In this document: piece after piece, positions 9,755 through 18,351 of the stretch
How the letters are laid out: each line of letters opens with the position of its first letter
Position numbering within the stretch: the first letter of the stretch is position 1
IMG/VR virus record: IMGVR_UViG_2825563536_000001
Span: 1-64,000 of that record
Source of the DNA: a virus
Taxonomy: Duplodnaviria; Caudoviricetes
Reading direction: 5' to 3' (one strand)
Length of the DNA stretch: 64,000 bases
Made by a program: the position numbers and the translations under genes
The notes under the pieces: generated by a model
What the model was told of the DNA's origin: nothing
What the model saw: only the letters and a program-made list of their open reading frames with translations
Databases searched by the model: none

Positions 9755-9960
9755 TGGTAGGGGGGTATCCAGCCCCCGCCCGTGTTCGACCGTTGGCTAT
9801 GGGTCACGGGGCCACGACGATCGCCGCTGAGCACACGGTTTCCACCCGCTAAGGTTTCGCCTCCGGTCACAGACCTGTCGGCATCCCGATTCGTCGTGCA
9901 CATTGCGCGCCAAGATCGAGCACGCGCACACTCTGTCACTACCGGCACCGGGAGCTACCC
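9755..9960 (-). ncRNA. Candidate ~205-nt highly structured ncRNA
   Basis: Terminal stem GGTAG/CTACC, at least 8 internal helices including two crossing pairings, between tRNA-Lys and tRNA-Met. Confidence 0.6.
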
Positions 9961-9969
9961 AGTGCCTTG

Positions 9970-10043
9970 TCCCCCCGGAAGGACTCGAACCTTCGACCCG
10001 CTGATTAAGAATCAGCTGCTCTAACCATCTGAGCTACAGGGGG
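9970..10043 (-). tRNA. tRNA-Lys(CTT)
   Basis: Anticodon arm GCTGA-TTCTTAA-TCAGC. Confidence 0.9.
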
Positions 10044-10049
10044 ATTGGC

Positions 10050-10250
10050 CTACTTGCCGCGGGTCTTCGCTGCACCCTTCGCGAACGGGTTCGCCTTCGC
10101 TGCAGCACCCTTCGACGCCGCAGCCTTGACGGCCGCCTTCGCCGCGGGCTTCGCCGCGGGCTTCGCCGCGGGCTTCGCCGGGGCCTTCGCGCCGGACTTC
10201 TTCGCCGCAGCGTTCGCGAGGAACGCGGGCGGCAGACTCTTCTTCGCCAT
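10050..10250 (-). CDS. Histone H1-like Lys/Ala/Pro-rich small protein
   Basis: PAKPAAKPAAKPAAK repeats resembling the HupB/H1 tail. Confidence 0.7.
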   Translation of the reverse strand: MAKKSLPPAFLANAAAKKSGAKAPAKPAAKPAAKPAAKAAVKAAASKGAAAKANPFAKGAAKTRGK

Positions 10251-10317
10251 GAATGACCCCTCGGGGGTGTAGGAATGAGAACCCCCGGTACGCGCTGGGG
10301 TGCGTACCGGGGGAGCG

Positions 10318-10390
10318 CTGGCCCACCAGGACTCGAACCTGGAACCATCCACTTAACAGGCGGGCGCTCTGCCAATTGAGCTATGAACCA
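10318..10390 (-). tRNA. tRNA-Asn(GTT)
   Basis: Cloverleaf, anticodon loop CTGTTAA. Confidence 0.85.
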
Positions 10391-10397
10391 AGAGGAT

Positions 10398-10456
10398 TGG
10401 CGTGTGGGCAGTTCTCGACTGTCACCACTCTCGCACGGCGTAGAGCCTACCACGCG
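10398..10456 (-). ncRNA. 59-nt minimal tRNA-like RNA ending in CCA
   Basis: CGCGTGG/CCACACG stem plus CCA, one hairpin, and T-like arm CAGT-CGAGA-ACTG. Confidence 0.4.
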
Positions 10457-10543
10457 GTCTGCGACACCCTGCATATTGCGGCAAATCTGCTGGTCAGGGC
10501 CTCGGGTGCGTATCGAATGGGGAACGTCGCGCATCGGCCCCGC

Positions 10544-10573
10544 TTGCACTTGGGGCATGATCTGACGTATCGT
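10544..10573 (+). promoter_or_regulatory. SigA-like promoter of the rightward moron
   Basis: TTGCAC-N18-TATCGT upstream of 10631. Confidence 0.55.
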
Positions 10574-10630
10574 TCGCGATGCTCGGCCGCACCGGCCGGG
10601 CAGCCCCTACTGCAGCAACAGGAAGAACAC

Positions 10631-11092
10631 ATGACCGAACGCATCCTGGTCGCCGCGTCCGAGAACGGCAGCCCGCCGTACGCGACGACGCTCATCGACC
10701 CCGTCGCCTCCGAGGCGAATGACGAAGTGCTCGTGGTCGGCGCCGCGCTCACCCTGATCATGGAGTCGATCGAGCAGGCCCGCGACGCCTACAACGACGC
10801 CTGCGACCTCGCGCTGGGCACCGCCGACTGGCACGCCAAGCGCAGGCTCTACGAGTACGCCGAACGCCTTGGCGAAGCCTCCGAAGATGAGGACTCCATG
10901 CTCGGCGAACTGCACGCCGCGATCAGCGACATGCTCGCAGGCGGGAAGGTCGTCCACATCCGCATCCGCACCGCCAGCGAGCGGCACCGCGAAATCACCG
11001 TCGCCCCGCCCGCCCGCGCCGACGAGGAAGACGCCCGCCTGCTGCGCCTCGACCTGTTCGACCCGGACACCGAGACCGTGGGGTGGGCGTGA
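10631..11092 (+). CDS. Hypothetical acidic protein (moron gene 1)
   Basis: AGGAAG RBS, GC3-biased codons. Confidence 0.7.
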   Translation: MTERILVAASENGSPPYATTLIDPVASEANDEVLVVGAALTLIMESIEQARDAYNDACDLALGTADWHAKRRLYEYAERLGEASEDEDSMLGELHAAISDMLAGGKVVHIRIRTASERHREITVAPPARADEEDARLLRLDLFDPDTETVGWA

Positions 11093-11496
11093 TCGCACTG
11101 CACGCAGCCGACACGCTGCTCGCTATCACGACGAACATCGAGCAGAAGCCGCCCGGCATGTCCGGCTGGCAGATCACGTTCAACACCCTGACGTTCATCG
11201 CGGCGTTCCTCGCGGCCGTCTTCTCGGGCATCGCGGCCAAGCAGAAGAACAAGCACGAGAACCGGGCCGAGTGGTGGCGGCGGTACCAGTGGGCGGCCGA
11301 ACTCGCGATCGGCCCCGTCGCCGACTCGCAGCTCGTCGGCATCGCGGCGATGAGATCGCTCACGCGGGGCGAGCTTGCCGGCAAGGAAGAGAAGAAGCTG
11401 GCGATCGCGATTATGACCGAGGTCATCGACAACCGGCTTCGGCGCGGCAACAATGAGGGAGAGGAGGCCACCAATGGCGGACGCGCAGGGTCGTAG
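11089..11496 (+). CDS. Membrane protein (moron gene 2)
   Basis: One TM helix followed by EWWRRYQWA; GTGA overlap. Confidence 0.7.
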   Translation: MIALHAADTLLAITTNIEQKPPGMSGWQITFNTLTFIAAFLAAVFSGIAAKQKNKHENRAEWWRRYQWAAELAIGPVADSQLVGIAAMRSLTRGELAGKEEKKLAIAIMTEVIDNRLRRGNNEGEEATNGGRAGS

Positions 11497-11848
11497 CAGG
11501 ACGGTCGGCAAGTCGAGCGGCAAGCACATCGAAAAGGGCATCAAGTTCCGGCGGCGGAATGTGCGCTCCCGGCGGCACCTCGCGCGCAAGATCGACGACG
11601 GCATGTTCATCGCGCCCGGCCATGTCGCGGGCGTGCACTACGACGTGCCGAAGGCTGCCGCGAAGCCCGCACCCAAGACGGCCAAGACGAGCGCGAGCGA
11701 GTCGGCGCCGGACCGGGTTCAGGTCATGGCGGCACGGTTGAAGGTGCAGCTCGAGGACGAACTCGGCATCAAGAGCGAACAGCGGTACATCGACATCGCG
11801 AACACCCCCGTCGCAGGCGACCCGCCCGGCGGCGGCGCGAAGGCGTAG
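11474..11848 (+). CDS. Basic hypothetical protein (moron gene 3)
   Basis: GAGGAGG RBS; C-terminal AARLKV..EDELG motif. Confidence 0.65.
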   Translation: MADAQGRSRTVGKSSGKHIEKGIKFRRRNVRSRRHLARKIDDGMFIAPGHVAGVHYDVPKAAAKPAPKTAKTSASESAPDRVQVMAARLKVQLEDELGIKSEQRYIDIANTPVAGDPPGGGAKA

Positions 11849-11857
11849 CTACCTGCA

Positions 11858-11969
11858 CAAACAGAAAGACCCCCGCACCGTTCAGAGCTGGCGCTCCGGT
11901 GCGGGGGTCTTCCTGCGTCAACAGGAAGGAAGCAACATGAAAGGACACATGCCGGGCGTCTCACCGCCG
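11858..11969 (-). ncRNA. Candidate CU-rich anti-Shine-Dalgarno sRNA
   Basis: Minus-strand TTGCGC-N17-TACTCT promoter (11976-12004) and terminator enclose ~110 nt with no ORF. Confidence 0.45.
11864..11912. terminator. Bidirectional intrinsic terminator
   Basis: AAGACCCCCGCACCG...CGGTGCGGGGGTCTT hairpin. Confidence 0.75.
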
Positions 11970-12128
11970 AGTTAGAGAGTACGTTACGCACTCGGTACGC
12001 GCAACCCCCCGCGGCAGCAGACCCGGAAACGACGAAACCCCCGCCCTGATCTTCCCAGGTACGGGGGCTTCGTCGTGTCAGACGAGGAGTAGCGACAAGG
12101 TGACTTGGCAGTCGCCGACCAGCGTATG

Positions 12129-12908
12129 TTACGCAGCGTCGTCGCGCAACTCTGCGTATTCGTCGGCGACCGGGTTCGACGACTTGTGCAGCTCGACGAC
12201 GTCGCCGATCCGATACCGCGGCGTCCCGTCGACCATCACCGCCTGCAGCTTCCCGCGCTCGGCCCACTTGCTGATCGTCGACGCCTTCACCGGCTCGCCG
12301 TTGAACCACGGCAGCAGCCGCGCCAGCTCGGCCGCCGACCCGAGTGTGTCCTTGGCCTGCTCCATCATCCAGGCCCGAACTTCCTCGACCGGCCACTGCA
12401 GGCCGCAGCCCCGGCACGTCACAGTCTCCTGCGTCTCGGTCGCGTACAGCCGCGTACCGCACTCGCACGAACCTGCGTAGCGGCGCTCCTGCGGCCGGTC
12501 GATCGCACGCCGAGCAGCATCCGCCGCCCCGACGACCGCCGAATAGATGCCGTGAATCGACGCCGCATCATCCGCAATGCCCGGCAGGTGCGCCACCAGG
12601 TACCGCGATTGGGCCGTCGGACCGTGCGGCGCCGGAACGCCCGTCACGACCGCCACACGGAGCGCGTACGTGCGCACCGCGCGCGACAGGTTCACGCGGG
12701 CATCCGACGCCCGCTGATTGAACGGCACCACCCGCTCCTTGTGCCCCGACGTACCGAGGTTCGCCGGGCGCAACGCGTCGGTGCGCGTGATCGTCACTTC
12801 GAGGTCGTCGAGCCGATCGGGCACCTGCTCGAGCACCTTCATCAGCGTGCGGCGCTGCAGCTTGTCGAGCACGCCCGCCGTCGGCGGAATATGCGGTGCA
12901 GGTGTCAC
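12129..12908 (-). CDS. Zn-ribbon plus HTH DNA-binding protein (putative late regulator)
   Basis: CEC...CRGCG followed by a MerR-like HTH (STISKWAERGKL...PRYRIGDV). Confidence 0.75.
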   Translation of the reverse strand: MTPAPHIPPTAGVLDKLQRRTLMKVLEQVPDRLDDLEVTITRTDALRPANLGTSGHKERVVPFNQRASDARVNLSRAVRTYALRVAVVTGVPAPHGPTAQSRYLVAHLPGIADDAASIHGIYSAVVGAADAARRAIDRPQERRYAGSCECGTRLYATETQETVTCRGCGLQWPVEEVRAWMMEQAKDTLGSAAELARLLPWFNGEPVKASTISKWAERGKLQAVMVDGTPRYRIGDVVELHKSSNPVADEYAELRDDAA

Positions 12909-13747
12909 GCGGCCGCCTTCGCACGATCGCCCGGCGGCGGCGTCGTCACCGGATGCCCGCCGTGCCGCTTCTTCGGCGTCAGCGTGATCTCCACGTACCC
13001 GGTGTCCTTCTTGCGGTCGTTGATCCGCACCAGGCCCGGCCACTGCCGCTGCAGCTCGGCCACCGAGTAGGCGACCTTCTCGGGGGTGCGCTTCGTCGAC
13101 GTCTCGGCCTGGCAGCCGCCGGGGTCGGTGTAGAAGTTCGCCTTCGCCGACATGCCGTCGTGTCGCACGACCGCGCCGTCCCACCACCACGCCCGCAGGC
13201 TCATCTCGTGCTCGTCCTTGTACGGCACCGTGAACTCGTTCACCGGGTGACCGGGGCGCACGTAGCAGCCGAACAGGGAGAAGATCAGGAACTTGAGACC
13301 CTCGCTGATGCGGCCCGGCTTCATGTAGAACGCATTGATCACCGGCGCCAGACCCCACAGGTACAGGTCGCGGGCGGCCGTCTCGCGGAACATCATCGTG
13401 AACAGGCCGTCGACGTCCTGCACCGCGCGCAGCGTCTTCGCGTCGAGGGCTTCCATCACGTCGGTGACGTCGTCGTCGATGCACACCAGCGGCGTGCCCT
13501 CGGGGTAGTCGTTCGTGATGAACGTGCGCTGCGGGGTGATGCCGCGCATCGCCGTCGCCTTCACGTTCACGCCGTGCTGCTCGGCGAGCGCCCGGTACTG
13601 CTCGAGCTGCGGGTCGTTGTCGTGCAGGTAGATCGTGATACGGGCCGGGTCGACGCCGCCGTTCAGCAGGAACGGGAGCGTCTTCTTCGCGATGCCCTCC
13701 GCTCGCTGGAACGACGGGATCGCGACCTGGTACTTACGGGGGGCCAT
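12905..13747 (-). CDS. TET-associated (TAGT/GREB1-like) GT-A glycosyltransferase
   Basis: VAIPSFQRA, CIDDDV (DxD), KDEHEMSL and PGGCQ motifs; adjacent to TET/JBP. Confidence 0.8.
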   Translation of the reverse strand: MAPRKYQVAIPSFQRAEGIAKKTLPFLLNGGVDPARITIYLHDNDPQLEQYRALAEQHGVNVKATAMRGITPQRTFITNDYPEGTPLVCIDDDVTDVMEALDAKTLRAVQDVDGLFTMMFRETAARDLYLWGLAPVINAFYMKPGRISEGLKFLIFSLFGCYVRPGHPVNEFTVPYKDEHEMSLRAWWWDGAVVRHDGMSAKANFYTDPGGCQAETSTKRTPEKVAYSVAELQRQWPGLVRINDRKKDTGYVEITLTPKKRHGGHPVTTPPPGDRAKAAA

Positions 13748-13749
13748 TC

Positions 13750-14688
13750 TCACTGGCGCACTCCTGTGTTGGAATCGAATCGGGGTGCATCCAGGCCACC
13801 GATCAGGCGGCCGGACTGCTTCTTCGAGAGGGCGACACTGCGGAGCGGGGCCTCGCCCGCCTTCAACTCGGCGGCCATCTTCTGCTCGCGCTCGGTGCGT
13901 CGCCGCAACGCGTACTCGGTCTCCTTCGCCGCGGTGAAGCAGTCCTTCATGCCGCTGAGCGCGTAGTACACGATCGAGTACCGGTAGCCGTCGGCGTGCG
14001 TCGCCTTCATCGGCGTGACGCCGTGCACCAGCTCCCAGCCGGGGAAGAACGCCGCCCAGCCGTCGCGGCACGGAATCACGGTGTCGTACTCGGGGATCGA
14101 CAGGTAGCCGCCGCGCATGTGCCGGCGGAACACCGGCATCGCCGACCACGCCTTGAAGTTGAAGCCGTCGCGGTGATACGGCAGCCGCGCCGACAGGTTG
14201 ATCACGCCCGACGTCCAGTAGGAGTCGCCGAGCTTCCACTCGGGCAGCACGACGTCGGTCGCCCGGTCGCCGTTCTCGACGAGCTTCGGGTCGATGTCGG
14301 CGAGCTTGCCGCGCAGGATGTTCGCCCACTGCTCGAGCTGCACGTGCCCGGCCGGGGCCTCGGCCATGAGCGACGTCTGGCTGCACGCCTCGCGGCGGTA
14401 CACGGGGCGGCGCGGGCTGTAGCCGAAGGTGCGGCCGCGGTTGTCGTTGCCCGATGCGCGGCCGACCTCGGTCACGGTGAAGTCGAGCACGGTCTCGCGC
14501 AGGTGCTCGCCCGCGGGACCGAGGTTCAGGTACGCGAACACCGGCTCGCCGCTGTCGGCGTCGAACGCGATGGTCTCGCGCTGCACGGTCGGGCGCAGGT
14601 CGTCGACCTTGCGCCCGACGAGCTGCGTCGCCTCTTTCGCGGTCATGGCCCGCTTGACGTGCACCAGTTCCGGTGCGGGGCTGGTCAT
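13750..14688 (-). CDS. TET/JBP-family 2OG-Fe(II) dioxygenase
   Basis: YHRDGFN (HxD), LVHGVTP (H) and RYSIVYY (2OG-binding R). Confidence 0.85.
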   Translation of the reverse strand: MTSPAPELVHVKRAMTAKEATQLVGRKVDDLRPTVQRETIAFDADSGEPVFAYLNLGPAGEHLRETVLDFTVTEVGRASGNDNRGRTFGYSPRRPVYRREACSQTSLMAEAPAGHVQLEQWANILRGKLADIDPKLVENGDRATDVVLPEWKLGDSYWTSGVINLSARLPYHRDGFNFKAWSAMPVFRRHMRGGYLSIPEYDTVIPCRDGWAAFFPGWELVHGVTPMKATHADGYRYSIVYYALSGMKDCFTAAKETEYALRRRTEREQKMAAELKAGEAPLRSVALSKKQSGRLIGGLDAPRFDSNTGVRQ

Positions 14689-14936
14689 GCGGCCTTCTTC
14701 ACGCCCACGAAGTCGTCGGCGATCAGCCGGTCGGTGACCGCGTGCGCGGCGTCGAACAGGCTGATGCGGGCGCCCTGCTGCTGCGCCTCGGCGATGTAGC
14801 CGCGGAGCGACTGCTCGACGGCCTGGATCACGTCGCCGCGGCCGACGAGCTGCCGGGTGACAGCGGTCGGCGCCGCGGGCGCGGGCGCGGTGTCAGCCTC
14901 GGGGGTCGGGGCGGAATCGGTCAGGGTGGTGCTCAT
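14685..14936 (-). CDS. Hypothetical protein
   Basis: Coupled ORF in operon. Confidence 0.6.
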   Translation of the reverse strand: MSTTLTDSAPTPEADTAPAPAAPTAVTRQLVGRGDVIQAVEQSLRGYIAEAQQQGARISLFDAAHAVTDRLIADDFVGVKKAA

Positions 14937-15187
14937 TTCGCGTTGCTCCAATCGCAGGAGAGGCCGCCCGAGTAGGCGCCCTTCTCCCAGACGCACAGGA
15001 CGGTGCGGCCGTCGGGGAGGTTGACGTTGTGGGGGTAGATCGCGGAGGGCTTGCCGTTGAATTTGTTGCCCGCGGCGCGCTCGTTGCCGGACTTGAACGA
15101 CTCCTCGGACGCGCCGCAGCTCGTCAGGGTGAGGGCCGCGGCGGCGGCGACCGCGAGAACGGCCGCCGCCCGCTTCACGCGCTGCAT
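14933..15187 (-). CDS. Small lipoprotein
   Basis: Signal peptide with lipobox LTSC. Confidence 0.7.
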   Translation of the reverse strand: MQRVKRAAAVLAVAAAAALTLTSCGASEESFKSGNERAAGNKFNGKPSAIYPHNVNLPDGRTVLCVWEKGAYSGGLSCDWSNAK

Positions 15188-15936
15188 CAGGCAGCAGCCT
15201 CGACGTCGGCGCCGGGGGCCTTCTCGCCGGTCGCTTCCTCGAGGAGCCGCATCACCGTCTCGGCGTTCGACGCGGTGTCGTACTTCTCGCCCAACTCGGC
15301 CAGCTGATCGACCATCCACACGTACGCATCACCCTGGTACGACAGGATGATCGACCGCGTGTCCGACTGCGCGTAGCCCTCGAGCTTCTCGTCCATCGAC
15401 TTCTTGTTCGCCATGCCGGGGTCGTCGTCGCCGTACTTCGGTTCGGGCTTCGACTGCTCGCCCTCGTCGGGGTCGCTCGCCGGCGCGGCCGCGGCGATCG
15501 CATCCTCGGCTGCCTCGCGCAGGTCGGCGAGCATGTCGTCGACTTCCTCGAATGTGAAGCCGGTGCCGTCGAGGTCGCCGTCGAGGTCGGTGAGCAGGTT
15601 CGTCAGGATCGTGCTGTTGTAGTCGCCGAGGTCCGCGGTCTTGTTGTCGGCCAGGACGATGCGCTTGGCGGTGTCCTCGTCGACGTCGACGTGAACGGCC
15701 TTCACGGTGGGCCAGCCGAGCTGCTTGGCGGCCTGCAGGGTGTGGTTACCGGCGAGGACTTCGTTCTTGCGGCCGGTCAAGCTGCCCTTGTTGACCACAA
15801 TCGGCTTGTACTGGCCGACCTTCTGCAGGGACTCGGCGATCGCGACGACGTCGCCAACGCGCGGGTTGTCCTTGTACTGCTTGAGGGTGCCGACCTTCGC
15901 GTCGACAACGGACAGATCGTGCACTGCGGTGCTCAT
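15187..15936 (-). CDS. ParB/Srx-like N-terminal domain protein
   Basis: NPRVGDV..IAESL..GQYKPIVV, VLAGNHTLQAA, LADNKT motifs. Confidence 0.85.
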   Translation of the reverse strand: MSTAVHDLSVVDAKVGTLKQYKDNPRVGDVVAIAESLQKVGQYKPIVVNKGSLTGRKNEVLAGNHTLQAAKQLGWPTVKAVHVDVDEDTAKRIVLADNKTADLGDYNSTILTNLLTDLDGDLDGTGFTFEEVDDMLADLREAAEDAIAAAAPASDPDEGEQSKPEPKYGDDDPGMANKKSMDEKLEGYAQSDTRSIILSYQGDAYVWMVDQLAELGEKYDTASNAETVMRLLEEATGEKAPGADVEAAA

Positions 15937-16057
15937 TCGGGAGTAGCTCCTGGTAGTTCGGGGAGGAAAATGCCCTGGTCTTCGAGGTATGCGTCGAGTT
16001 CGAGGAACCAGAGAAGTTGGTCGTGAAGGGTGTTCGCGGGCGTGCGGTTGATGCCTG

Positions 16058-16672
16058 CTACTGCCACCACCGCTTCTTCCGGGCGGGCGCCTTCGCCACG
16101 GGAAGGACGTTGCCGTCCGGGCTGAGCGCGATGAGGCCGAGCGCCTGCGCCTGGTCGACGATCTGCGCGTCCCGCTTCGCCTGGGCCTGCAGTGCGACAA
16201 GCTCGGCGGCGCGCTCCTTCTCTGCAGCGGCCGCCTTCTCCCGGTCGGCCTCCTGCTCGCGAATCTGGCGCACCACGGCGCTCACGCGGGCACTGACCTC
16301 GCTCGGCGGCCCAACCTCGATCGCGCGGAGCAGCTTGCAGACGTCGCGATGCCCCTTGATCGCTTCGGCTTCGGTCGCGTACTTGCGAACCGGGGTGCGG
16401 GCGGTGAGCGCAGCGAGGGTGAGCGATCGCTCGGTCTGCCGGTGGACGGACGTCCTGAACATCTCGCCGTACGCCCCGGCCCAGTCGGTCGAGACCGACC
16501 AGTCGCCGATCTTGTCGCGCGCGACCTTGCGGTAGTCATCGCCGGCAGCGCCGAGGATCGCGAACTCGAACGCGCTGATTTCGTTGCCGCGTCGGTCCTT
16601 GTGGCGGGGTTCGGTCGGTGTGTAGTCGCGCGAGCGGTAGAAGTCCATGTCTGGGTCGCAGATGGAAGCCAT
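16058..16672 (-). CDS. Hypothetical phage protein
   Basis: VSTDW...KYATEAEAIKGH motif. Confidence 0.6.
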   Translation of the reverse strand: MASICDPDMDFYRSRDYTPTEPRHKDRRGNEISAFEFAILGAAGDDYRKVARDKIGDWSVSTDWAGAYGEMFRTSVHRQTERSLTLAALTARTPVRKYATEAEAIKGHRDVCKLLRAIEVGPPSEVSARVSAVVRQIREQEADREKAAAAEKERAAELVALQAQAKRDAQIVDQAQALGLIALSPDGNVLPVAKAPARKKRWWQ

Positions 16673-16881
16673 CAGCGCCTCCGCTCGGCGAGCAGCAGCG
16701 ACCGGGCGCTGCGACGGCGCCTGTTCCCCGACGCTGCGGCAGCCACGGCGACCGCGGCGAGCGACACATACAGGGCGATCATCAGCCACAGCGGCAACAG
16801 AACCAGCGACCAGGACCAGTCGATCACGTCGCACAGGCGCAGCACGACGAACGCGACGAGCAGCGTTTCAAGGAGACCCAT
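16672..16881 (-). CDS. Small membrane protein
   Basis: FVVLRLCDVIDWSWSLVLLPLW, two TM segments. Confidence 0.7.
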   Translation of the reverse strand: MGLLETLLVAFVVLRLCDVIDWSWSLVLLPLWLMIALYVSLAAVAVAAAASGNRRRRSARSLLLAERRR

Positions 16882-17675
16882 CAGGCAGCCACCTCGATCG
16901 TCTGCTCGATCGTGCCCTGCGGCGTGATCTTGAGGTCGCCGAACACGTTCGGGGCGAGCTTGTGCAGCTCACGCAGGATCAGCACCGCGACGGCGCGAAT
17001 CTCACGGTCGGCGTGCACAGTGCCGCGCAGCACGAGCACATCGCGCCACGCCCGGTAGTTACCAGTGACGAAGAGGCGGGTCTCGCTGGCGTTCGGGAGG
17101 ATCGAGCGCGCAGCCTCACGGGACATCTTGCGGGCCTGCGTCAGCGTCGTGTCCTCGAACGTCTCCTCGATGTACTCGTCGAGCAGGTCGGCGATGTCGC
17201 AGTACGCCTGCTGAACGATCGACGTCGTGTCGGCGAAGATTTCGAGGAGGTTCTGCCCCTTCTCGAAGTCGGGGTCGTTGATCGCCTGGTCGAGCAGGGG
17301 CGGCATCACGAACAGGCCGTCGGCCTCGTTCACGAACCGCTGCGACAGCTGCGAGTAGGACAGGTGGCGGTGGCGGATCAGCTCGTGGGTGCAGGCGCGG
17401 CTGATGCCGGTGACGTAGAACGTCGCGGTGCCATGCTCGAGGACGGACTCGTGGCCGACGCTCAGGATGTGGTTCAGGTAGTCGGCGTTCGTCGCGGTGC
17501 GCGGGTTCGGGCGGTTCCACGACTGGTAGCAGGCGCGGCCCGCGGCCTCGGCGACCGCGGAGCCGCCGTCGAACGTGTCCTCGACCTCGAACCGCTCACC
17601 GTCGCCGGTGTCGACGCCACTGAACACGGTCGACGCGACCAGCTGCACGCGGGGGCCTTGCAGATCAATACTCAA
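16881..17675 (-). CDS. thyX: FAD-dependent thymidylate synthase
   Basis: GHESVLEH and THELIRHRHLSYSQLSQR ThyX motif. Confidence 0.95.
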   Translation of the reverse strand: MSIDLQGPRVQLVASTVFSGVDTGDGERFEVEDTFDGGSAVAEAAGRACYQSWNRPNPRTATNADYLNHILSVGHESVLEHGTATFYVTGISRACTHELIRHRHLSYSQLSQRFVNEADGLFVMPPLLDQAINDPDFEKGQNLLEIFADTTSIVQQAYCDIADLLDEYIEETFEDTTLTQARKMSREAARSILPNASETRLFVTGNYRAWRDVLVLRGTVHADREIRAVAVLILRELHKLAPNVFGDLKITPQGTIEQTIEVAA

Positions 17676-17703
17676 AAGGGTTGTTCTCCTGCAGAAATGG
17701 TGG

Positions 17704-18351
17704 TTATCGGCGGATGCGGCGGGTGCCGTACCAGGCGCCGGCGCCGACGATCGCGAGAAGGGCGATCAGGAAGACCAGGGCGCCGATCGCGCCGAGCGGG
17801 TTCACGCCGCCGCCGACCGTGTGCCGCGTCCAGGTCATAGGCCAGTAGTACGAGTGGAAGTAGCCGCCGCCGGGCGTGTAGTACGGCGCCCACATCGAGC
17901 CACCCGAGTAGTGGTTGTTCACGATGACGGTCTGGCTGCGGCCCGAGCCGATCACCGTGCGGTTGTTGACGATCGAGGTTCGGTTGCCGCTGTTCGTGTT
18001 CGTCACGGTCGAGCTGCTACCGGTCGGGGCGGGCTTCGACGTCGGGGCGGCCTGCGTTGTCGAGGGCTTCGGCGCGGAGCTCTGCGGCGGCGCCGTGGTG
18101 CTCGGCTTCGGTGCGCTGGACGGTGCGGCCGTGGCGCTCGGCTTCGGGGCGCTGCCCGTTGTCGCCGCCGACGACGCGCCAGAGGACGGTTTCTGAGTCC
18201 CCACCGTCCCGCTGGACGCCTTCGGTGCCGGGGCCGACACCTTGGGCGCGGCAGCCTTCGGGGCCGCTGGGGCGGGACGTGGGGCGACCGGCGCCGGCGC
18301 GGCCGCAATGATCCGCGCCGACGCCTCAGCTGCCAGTAGTGCCAGGCTCAC
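17704..18351 (-). CDS. Pro/Ser/Thr-rich membrane-anchored protein
   Basis: Low-complexity region, C-terminal TM helix plus basic tail. Confidence 0.65.
   Translation of the reverse strand: MSLALLAAEASARIIAAAPAPVAPRPAPAAPKAAAPKVSAPAPKASSGTVGTQKPSSGASSAATTGSAPKPSATAAPSSAPKPSTTAPPQSSAPKPSTTQAAPTSKPAPTGSSSTVTNTNSGNRTSIVNNRTVIGSGRSQTVIVNNHYSGGSMWAPYYTPGGGYFHSYYWPMTWTRHTVGGGVNPLGAIGALVFLIALLAIVGAGAWYGTRRIRR

Noticed and set aside
9322-9948. 208-aa minus-strand ORF and 9113-9739 plus-strand ORF
   Set aside because: They run through several tRNA genes; shadow ORFs
9755-9960. Assignment as tmRNA, RNase P, HDV/theta ribozyme or raiA RNA
   Set aside because: Too short and no tag ORF for tmRNA; lacks the RNase P GAGGAAAGUCC and HDV L3 signatures; no recognisable raiA motif order by eye, though an Rfam scan is still needed
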